DNA from: Octopus sinensis
Taxonomy: Eukaryota
Assembly: GCF_006345805.1 (NCBI RefSeq)
Contig: NC_043003.1
Location: 31,558,001-31,622,000 of the forward strand
Direction: 5' to 3'
Length of the DNA stretch: 64,000 nucleotides
Shown here: positions 54,779 to 64,000 of the stretch, piece after piece
Position numbering within the stretch: the stretch's first letter is position 1
How the letters are laid out: each line of letters opens with the position of its first letter
Made by a program: the position numbers and the translations under genes
Notes under the pieces: model-generated
What the model saw: the letters and a program-made list of their open reading frames with translations, nothing else
What the model was told of the DNA's origin: nothing
Database searches by the model: none

Positions 54779-54809
<31 letters not shown>

Positions 54810-54956
54810 ATATATATATATTATACGACAGCCTTCTTTCAGATTCCGTCTACCAAATTCCACTCACAAGTGTTTGGTCGGCCCGAGGCTAGAGTAAAGG
54901 GAATTTACCAATGGGAACCAGGCAGTCAGACTGAACCCGGAACCATGTGGTTGGGA
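54228..54956. repeat. Inverted pair of family-B SINE 5' halves (54228-54370 +, 54815-54956 -), with a third minus copy at ~54395-54548
   Basis: The two outer copies share private variants (ctgcctggttcc, ggtaaattccctttactctagcc, gaaggctgtcg). Confidence 0.85.
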
Positions 54957-54964
54957 TGATCGTT

Positions 54965-55141
54965 AGCTCCTACACACATTTTTTCTCTCCTTCTTTCTCT
55001 CCTTGTTTTTTTCTGTGTATCTTTCTGTCGAAGAGCGTAGGCTCGAAACGTAACATACTTTCTATTCATGAGCGCCATACTAATACATTTGTTTGCTTGT
55101 ACTCCACCTGCCTTTGACTTTTGTTTATTTTCGTAAACTTT

Positions 55142-55145
<4 letters not shown>
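54965..55145 (+). mobile_element. Short (TA)n-associated repeat with a hammerhead-like motif (variant core); related copy at ~28820-28990
   Basis: CTGTCGA-aGAGCgtagGCTC-GAAA-CG-TA at 55025-55052; CTGACGA-aGAGttatgCTC-GAAT at 28877-28899. Confidence 0.5.
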
Positions 55146-55218
<73 letters not shown>

Positions 55219-55302
55219 TAAATATATATAAACACACACTAAATTTATATATATATATAATATATATATATGTACAAATTTTATGTATAAATATACATAT
55301 AC

Positions 55303-55403
<101 letters not shown>

Positions 55404-55476
55404 GTTCCATCTTTTTCAGCTGTTTGTTCTTCCTACTTGTGCAGAGTCGCTCAAACTTTTACAAGGAGCGGGTTAG

Positions 55477-55774
55477 ACCGGAGTAAACACATAAATGTGA
55501 AACAAGGTGGAAAAAAGAGTACTCAAATACCAGTGGTAGAGTAAAATGCTTTATTTTAAGCAGCAGAAAATTCAACAAAATCTGTTACTCTGAGTTTCTC
55601 GTTGCCGTTCATCAGACAGTTCTAGCAAAAACTGTCTGATGAACGGCAACGAGAAACTCAGAGTAACAGATTTTGTTGAATTTTCTGCTGCTTAAAATAA
55701 AGCATTTTACTCTACCACTGGTATTTGAGTACTCTTTTTTCCACCTTGTTTCACATTTATGTGTTTACTCCGGT
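55477..55774. repeat. Perfect palindrome (145-bp arms, 8-nt spacer) carrying two opposed hammerheads
   Basis: Arms 55477-55621 and 55630-55774 are exact reverse complements by eye; spacer ctagcaaa. Confidence 0.93.
55632..55669 (+). ncRNA. Minimal type-I hammerhead (mirror copy on - strand at 55582-55619)
   Basis: CTGT-CTGATGA-ACGgcaaCGA-GAAA-CTCaGAG-TA-ACAG. Stem III has a 1-nt loop; GUA triplet. A degenerate third copy lies at 55829-55862. Confidence 0.75.
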
Positions 55775-55775
55775 A

Positions 55776-55817
<42 letters not shown>

Positions 55818-55888
55818 AACATAACTCTCCGACGAACGTGAACGTGGAACTCTGAGTAGCAGCTTTTGTTATATCTCTGCTGCTTTTA

Positions 55889-55931
<43 letters not shown>

Positions 55932-56019
55932 CTTCTACATATACACGTGTACGTTCATATATGTATGAATTTATACACACACGTATGTACGGTAGAAGTA
56001 GGAGCACATCAAATTCGGG

Positions 56020-56760
56020 CGGTGCGGTGTGTGTGTGGAAACTGACCAGTTCCATTTGTCATTTTTGTCAAAACTATATATGGTCACGCATAGTTCGGGT
56101 GTATGTGGATTACTTTTAGATTTTTGTTTGGTCGCATCTATCTAATGACTTCTCAAAGCTTTTACTGCCTCAGTGAACCATTCGCTGTCCACGATGCATC
56201 GATGATTCAGATATTGAGAAGAATTCTACGCTTTTCATTCCAATAAACAGTGACGATGACTTTCTATCCCGATTGCTGTTTTCTTGGGGAAGTGGTATGA
56301 CGCTACTCCATCGACTAGGCCTTCGTTACCGGATCACAAAGATGCTACGCCCCTCCATCGTTGACAATATCGGAAAAATGATGCACCTCAAAACATTTTC
56401 CCATCATTTTTCTCCCAAATATCAACTGCTGAAGTACCCATTTTACACGAAATTTCCGATACTCAAAATTCTGTATAAATTTACGCTTTCATTACGACTA
56501 TAATCCAGTTGTGCTGCAAATTGACGTCCCCTTGTATGATCTACTGTATGATATTTTTCCAGTGCTGGTTCCTCTTCTTTAAACTTCTTCTTCCATCCGT
56601 GCACAGTGTGCTCTTATCAATAATCCCGTCTTCATGAACTACATGGGATCTTCTGTATGCATCAGACAGACGGCACCAGCCTTTCTTAAGAGATCGGTGA
56701 TTCTGCTTAGATCACGTGATTTATTTGATATGAAGTTAAACAGAAAAAAGAGCTACTTTA
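56020..56760 (-). mobile_element. Degenerate, internally deleted mariner-like remnant
   Basis: Minus strand TVHGWKKKFKE (HTH region, cf. VYEWxKxFKxGRTS) and a C-terminal EWFTEAVKAL-like segment. Confidence 0.45.
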
Positions 56761-57587
56761 TAGAAAGATCTTCTCTCTACAAACATGTGCAAGTTGAACG
56801 ACCTTTGTCAGGTGATACAAAATTATGCACACTTTTGAATTTATTCAGTACAACCCTCGTATTTAGTCCACTAAAAGAAACATGTAAATCCTTTTGTCGA
56901 TTTTTAAGTTTAAAACCTATTCAGTTGAATTTTGATTTTTTTCTTTTCGAAGGCAATATATTATTTATAGTTAAGATCTGTACAACATTGAACTTAAGTA
57001 TATTAATTATAAAATTACCTCGTTAAAAATGTCTGTGGAGCGGATTTCTGCTGAGGCAAAAGAAATCAATATTTCAAACAAAATAACCCGATTGGAAACA
57101 TTATCTGTTTCCTAATCTCAGATTGCTTAATACGTCAATAACGGTGGAAATTCATGTTGTTCATTGTTAAAAAAAATAGTTTCCGCTATCGATTTCCTTA
57201 AATAACTGAACGAATCAAATTTATAATAATAAATTATAATAGAAAACAACTATATTTTAAAAAGCGCAACGGTAAAAAACAAAGTAGGTTTATCTTATTT
57301 AGCGTTTCTTTACAAAATGTCCGTCGGCTTACGACTGTCTTCTCTTTCGGGGCAACTAGAATTACAAGCTAAGTGACTTCGATTACAGCATTATCTGAAG
57401 ATGACATGAATAAAAAGAAAATCATGACTAAAACTGGAAACAAAGAGAACAACGAAGATTGGAAAAACAGAGTGGAAAAGGGAGAGTGTGGAAGAAAAAG
57501 AGAAAACGAAAAAGTTGAAATGAAAAAAAGAATTAAACAATAAGGAAAAGAGAAAGATAGATTAAAAAGCATAGGCGAGGTGAAGAA

Positions 57588-57618
<31 letters not shown>

Positions 57619-58699
57619 CATACATACATAAATACCTACATACGTACATACATACATACATACATACGTACGTACGGGTGTCCGTGTTTCAGTAATGAGG
57701 ATTAAGTTGCTCAACTCAATTATCTGCTCCTGAATTAACACGTAAATGACTGACAAATGTACACACACGTGTAGACTTGATGTAATTCTTCGCCAGAATC
57801 AGTGTTTTACAGTAAGTTATATGAACACGTCTTTTCTTATCATTATAGATCCACCCAACATATCCGACGGACTTTTAAACAGTTTCCATATACCCAATTC
57901 CACAAACAAGGTATGGACAAACTACTAATTTTCAAATATTTTCATTGTTAAATTCACACCCAGGAGACAACTTAAAACTCATGGTAAATAAACATCTAGA
58001 TGGCTGCTGACTTATAACAATTTATATATTTAGTTTTATATTATATCAACATGGTTTTGTGTCGTTGGCTCCTTAAAACTGTAGTAAATGTTGCAATTTG
58101 ATAAGCTTATTTTTTCCTAACGACTGGTAAAAGCATTTTTCGGAGAAACCGTGTGTTATGACCTTATATACAAAGATTTATGAAGAAAAGTGAAACCCCT
58201 AATATTTCTAGATTTTCATCTTTATCCCTTTTCTGTAAGGGTCAAAACCTCTAAGAGAGAAGACGCATATTGTACTCATGAAAATCCGATTGGGTTAGTT
58301 TCAACAGTTCGTTAAACTGGTTTTAATAAAATACTTAATATGAACAACAGGTGTGTACTCTTAGATTCGTTTTAGATTTTCCTTTGAAGGTGTAAATGAA
58401 ATTTTTCGCGCAATTAGTTATGATTATAGGTTGCATAACTATATAAATCGTTAAAAATGTTGTTTTCTTTCTACTCTGATGTGAATATATTTATTAAATT
58501 GCTATTCATTATGAATCAATCACAACTTAATCTGAAATCTTCTAACAATTGCAGAAAAGTAAAACCCGTATTTCTCTACTTGTAAACTGAATAAGTTTAC
58601 TCTCCAAGAAAATTTAATTTAGCTGTAAAGCAAGTAAGAAAGAAACTGACTCATTTCGAATTGCTACGAGTACTACAATTATTTAGAAAAGCTGGAAAC

Positions 58700-59593
58700 A
58701 AAATTATTTCAAGATGAACATTATAAAGAAAGCTCAAAATTGGCTGTCTCGTCGCTAAAACAGAGTTAGAATACCTGTGTTCAATCAGAAAATATTAAAG
58801 ATAAATTGCATTTTTGGGCCACTTCTGGTCGCTGGGATTGTTTTCAGAAAGACATATTGAGTATCTATTCATGTTTTGAGCATAGTCGTCGCCTTTGCAG
58901 AGCTTGTTAGAATTTCTACTTTGCATATATATTAATAACCGTGACTGAAAACGGCAATAGAATGATGGCATGAGATTTTCCTGGACGCGATAGTGATATT
59001 ATAAGGTCTGCACACACTCTCAGTGCATTAGAACACCTAAACTTTCAAGGAAGAACATATGACATAAAGTAAATTCAAAGAATAAGAGGACAGTGCTCTC
59101 GTTTATACTTCAAAAAACAAAATATGGTCAGAGAAAGACTCCATGAAAATTATGCTGTTGTCAGTTTAGAGTACATATTTGAATCCCGTATCCAATAATA
59201 GAGCATGTCCTGTGCCCAAATTGGGAAAAGAATTTGCAAACTCTCAGCAAATGTTGGTAATTATGAAACTTGAATGGGACAATATTTGCCTTTCGTGGGT
59301 AATGAAAACCCCATCTGAATGTCTGTTCGAAATACTTCATATAGAACTTATCACAAAAAACAAATATTGTGCTTCATTTTTCTCCAGAAGGTAAGACAAT
59401 ACTAAGGGGTATAAATGATGAGTACCTACATTTAAGAAGAAAATAGTGAAGAAAACTATATCGTTTACAATAAGAAGGAACAAAATGCAGGAAAAGTTGA
59501 AAAATATTTTGTGATACTAAATATAGTTACAAGCAAAAATTATTGAAAAACATGCAGGTTACAAATATCCGGATATGGACGAGCATGCGAGTC

Positions 59594-59668
<75 letters not shown>

Positions 59669-61250
59669 ATGAAACATAAAGTTCCGGTTGATGTGGTCTA
59701 GAAAAGAAATATCGCTTGCGTATACAAGTCTGTATTCTGAGAGGTGAAAAAACGTACAAGTAATTGACTTGAACAAATGAAATACCGAGGTCACAGAAAG
59801 TAAAACGATTGTATTCAAATATATGCAAAAAATAGCATAAGACGTATCAGAAAATGGAAAGCTAAAACTGGAGTATACTTAAATACTAATGCAGGGAATT
59901 CAGAAGGACACATCTGTAAAGATGCAGGAGAGATTTCGTTTTCTTTAAAACCAAAATGGTTAATGCTCTTCTCTTGATAATGTTATATAATGTATTTATT
60001 AAGCTAATAAATTTAGAGACCTCACAGGAGACAGCAGTCGAAATTTTGTAAAGGAACCTAAAATGGAATAAATTTAATCTGTTTTTAACACTGACTTCTG
60101 CAGTAAAAAAGAATTACTTGCAGCAATCTAATAACTACATGTTCGACATCAAAGAAAAGAACAAAACAAAAAACAAAATCTGAACGTCTCGTCTCTACTA
60201 AAATATCAGTGTTCCGTAGAAATGTCTACTTAAGAAGTCTCATGTAAATATCTAATATTTTAAGCAAGAAGGATAGAATGGCGAGCGCACCAATTCGGTA
60301 AGTGTGATGGGAAATAAAAGAAAATACTTCAGTCTCTTAGAACTTTACGAAGGCTTTCTCTTCAAACTTATAGGAATCATTAAATTTAGAAAATGTAATA
60401 ACGCATTCTAGTCGGATTTAAGTAATAGAATTAAAGCCATAAACATTCCTACTTGGTTTATGTATATTTCAATAAAGTAAAATTTGTATGAAATCGATAA
60501 TCCCATAACATACACTTATAAAATGCATTGAAGAATACTTTGGATGAAATTAATACTGATGCACATAACATTACTTCGAACTCCAATATAGGAATCCAGA
60601 CAGAGCTTTGAAATTTTAAGCAACTACATTTCACATTCATAGATTATTAAGTTAATTTTAATTACTCTTCTTTAATATCATTAACGAAAGCAAAACTTGA
60701 ATAAGTTATACTTGGTAATGTTTTGCCTAATCTCAAGCATCGTTTCCACGCATCCTTATTAAAGAATACACAATTATTCTCTAGCTCGTATCCCTTACTA
60801 ATAAATTGAAGTCTAAATTTCAATATTTTGATGTTAAGGATGATCATGCATCAGTTACAGAACCGTCTCTTATTAAGGCCTCAAACTATGTTACATCAAT
60901 TATCGATGATATGGATATTAAAATATAGACTTGAAAACATATGATAAATCCTCTGGATTAAAGCGAAATATTTCTGATGTTCGAAATGATGTTATCGTAG
61001 ATCAACCATCAGATTGGATTATTGCCAGTCTCTAAATTAAATTCTAGCTTCCAATACAGTTGAATTTTACAGGAACGACATTTTTCTGCAATGTAAATGC
61101 TGCAATGTTAAGCTTTCTGATAAAACTAAGAAAGACGTAGATCTATTTTTTAATAAAATTTATGGATAAAACATTACCATAGAAACTAGATACAAACATT
61201 AATCTCTTTAACTCTTTAGTCTTTTTGCAGCCCAAATGAGACACCTGGCT
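58700..61250 (+). mobile_element. Possible very degenerate hAT (ZMYM1-like) transposase remnant
   Basis: Ordered fragments: tttgcctttcgtggg (xAFRG), KYFVIL, IA*DVSE..KTGV (AYDGA..GV) and FSLKPK (FxxSPKR). Many stops. Confidence 0.35.
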
Positions 61251-61539
61251 TGAAACATAAGCTTCCTAACCATCCTAAAAATAATTTAGATAATTTTGTT
61301 AAGAAAGTCTCACATAAAATATATAAATTACTAAAAAAACTTCTAATAATTATTCTCCTTGTTACCATAATATTCAAATCGTGAAAGAAAATGTACGTGA
61401 ACCGATCAAAAAGATAAACAAGAATTTTAGTTGGATTAATCGACCCTGCTACATTGAAGAAGAAATAATCAACACTAAATTAGATTTTTTGTACTGTCAA
61501 AAGACTTTAAAACTCAGCATAGGAATTATATTATTTTTA

Positions 61540-62410
61540 ATAGCTATTATTTCGCCGATCGCTGCGTTCTAAGTTCAAATTCCGCCGAGGTCGATCTGCC
61601 TTTCATCCTTCCGGGTACGATAACTTAATTACCAGTGAAATTTTGGAGCCAATGTAATCGACCAGTGTTCTTCTCCAAAGCTTCGGGCTTTGTGCCTATG
61701 ATAGAAAGGATTATTTTTAATAGCTACGCAATTAGCTTTCTGGATTTAAATAATTCATTGACAACGTAAACTGCGCTAAAGCTTTTAGATATTTTCAATC
61801 AAACAAAATACACAACCATGCACACTATACCTTTTCCTCCTCTAGACACAAGGCTCGAAATTTTTGCGAAGGAGACCACTAGATTAGATCGACCCCAGTA
61901 CGCAACTGGCACTCAATATATCGACCCCAAAAGTATGAAGGGCAAAGTTGATCTTGGCGGAATATGAACTCAGAACGTAAATACCACTTAGCATTTCGCA
62001 CGGCGAGCTGACGATTCTCGCCGCGTAAGCCATATACACTATACTGTAAGAACTTGTGTACAATAAACATGGGTGATCTCAGTGATAGTGCACACATACT
62101 GATATATAGCACACACATTTAATATTGGTAAATAAAACATTTTCAGTTAATCCATCCGTTGTATGCACGATATCACCTCTTATATATAGTTTAAGATTTA
62201 TAAGGAGCATATTATACATATACACAAAATGACGAGCTGGCAGAATCGTTAGCACACCGGGAAACATTATTAGCGACATTTCATCCGTCTTTACGTTCTG
62301 AGATCAAATTCGGCCATAGTCGACTTAGTTTTCCATCCTTTCGTGAGCGATAAAATAAGTAACAGTCAAGCACTGGGGCCGATGTCATTTCAGAAGTTGT
62401 GCCTATAGTA
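61540..62410. mobile_element. Three family-A SINE copies (~61540-61710 +, ~61840-62030 -, ~62230-62410 +)
   Basis: gttcaaattccgccgaggtcga..cctttcatcc core; head gagctggcagaatcgttagcacaccgg. Confidence 0.8.
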
Positions 62411-63099
62411 GGCACACACACTCACGCATATATGTATAGATAGAAACAAACTTGTTAGTAGCTTAAATGTTCTCAGCGCTGCCATTCTAGATAAATAGAT
62501 AAATAGAAAGACATAAATGTAGATGGTAGAAATGTATATATAGAAGTGCGGGTATAAACATTAAACAAATGTAATAGTCACTATCAGCGCGCATTGGTTA
62601 AAGCAATTCTAACTCTTTTGTTATATATGTCACTAATGTTATTTTGAGAATCTGGAACTTTCCTACAATCACAACTTAAATTGAGTTCATTAATTATTTA
62701 CAATTCTTCATATTTCTGGTCGCACGGACTCAGACTATTATTTGAAGACGTGTTTGATTGTATGAAGTCATGTAATTTGCTATAATTAGCACACTTTAAT
62801 GATATTGATCGATATTTCATTAAGTTATAGAGAGAAAACAAGTGTCGAATGGGTTTCTCGGTACTCAAAAGTTACAGCAAGAAAATATGTAAGTCCCCAA
62901 ACTAGGATTGGTTTTTCTTGAAAAAAATATTCGATGCACTCGTTCCCCTCTCCTTCCCTTATATATATATATATAATATATATATATATATAATATATAT
63001 ATATTATATATATATATATAATATATATATATATATTATATATATTATATATATATATATATACATATATACATACACGTACACACACACATATATATA

Positions 63100-63280
63100 T
63101 AATATCAAAGGGTAATCTGAAATATTAGAATTTTCCATTACCAGTGGTCTAGCGTGTAATACTTTAGTCAATAGACTATATATTATTCATATTTATTGAT
63201 ATAAATACAGTGTACATTTAAAGACATAAGCGGTATCCATCATAGGACTACCTCTTATGTGTTTAAATGTACAATGTATA
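63100..63280 (+). repeat. Dispersed repeat shared with ~28427-28562, ending in a local hairpin
   Basis: atatcaaagggtaa..ctagcgtgtaa..aatagac.atatattattcata..aaatacagtgtacatttaaa..tccatcatagg occurs at both loci. Confidence 0.75.
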
Positions 63281-63579
63281 TATATATATATATATAATAT
63301 ATATATATATGTCTGTCTGTATATATATATATATATATTATATATATATATATATAAATACAAAATAAGAAAATGGAGAAATACATCTAAATCAATGATC
63401 AACTATCAGATAATATCCAATCACATACTTTATTAAACTACTACATATGAACATTAAGGTCAAACATAATAATATAGAACAAATCAGTGTACATGAAGGA
63501 GTAATATGATACAATAAGTACAATATGTATAAGAGAATATAAATAAATATAAATAAATATAAATATAAATATTAACTAC

Positions 63580-63706
63580 ATCTTACAGCTGTTTCGGCCA
63601 TGCAGATATGGGTGTCTCATTTTACTTATATTAGCTATGTTGGATAGGTCAATATGTAGTTATAAATGAGACATTTACAAAAATATCCCAAGGCCTCTTC
63701 GGAGAT
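63580..63706 (-). ncRNA. Type-I hammerhead motif with large structured stem II (core U4>C)
   Basis: Minus strand: ATCT-CCGAAGA-GGCC..[TGTCTCATTT..AAATGAGACA]..GGCC-GAAA-CAGCTG-TA-AGAT. Confidence 0.65.
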
Positions 63707-64000
63707 TATGAAATACAAACCAAATTAAATATACAGCCATATAAGTGTGGGTACATTCCCATAATATATCATATACACATACATATGAGTGCATATACTC
63801 ATACTCCTATACATATATATACATATATATACATATACATAATAATATAAATCAATAAACATACATATGTTCCATATTCAATGTTACAGTTTTTTAACTT
63901 GATATGATATTACAATGTAGAAAACATACACATATTAATACTCAAATGCAGATATACAGAGTCAAGAGTACATTATATCAATTTATATTAATTTACAAAA

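Overview
AT-rich, microsatellite-dense eukaryotic DNA. The SINE families and the (TA)n/(TAA)n/(TAGA)n load suggest an octopus (cephalopod) genome; this is inferred, not proven. Most ORFs in the track are microsatellite artefacts. The window is largely transposon remnants: a Gypsy remnant; an RTE-type LINE; several R4/Dong-type RLE LINEs, one nearly intact (18.4-20.6 kb) and sitting in (TAA)n; Penelope-like elements (RT + GIY-YIG); three Tc1/mariner elements and a MITE; degenerate hAT-like and Helitron-like remnants; and at least three tRNA-derived SINE families. No host gene can be called securely; only a few candidate exons are visible. The main unexplained signal is a set of about a dozen minimal type-I hammerhead ribozyme (HHR) motifs, intact or degenerate, from at least six sequence families. 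Most have palindromic or loop-less stem III, and nearly all lie next to (TA)n arrays. Two sit in non-coding fold-back elements: a 559-bp tandem repeat that folds back into a 395-bp-arm palindrome with three HHRs (32.7-33.9 kb), and a perfect 145-bp-arm palindrome with two opposed HHRs (55.5-55.8 kb). These look like retrozyme-type or Penelope-mobilised ribozyme elements. A separate non-coding ~540-bp element targets (TAA)n. All alignments were done by eye, so boundaries are approximate.
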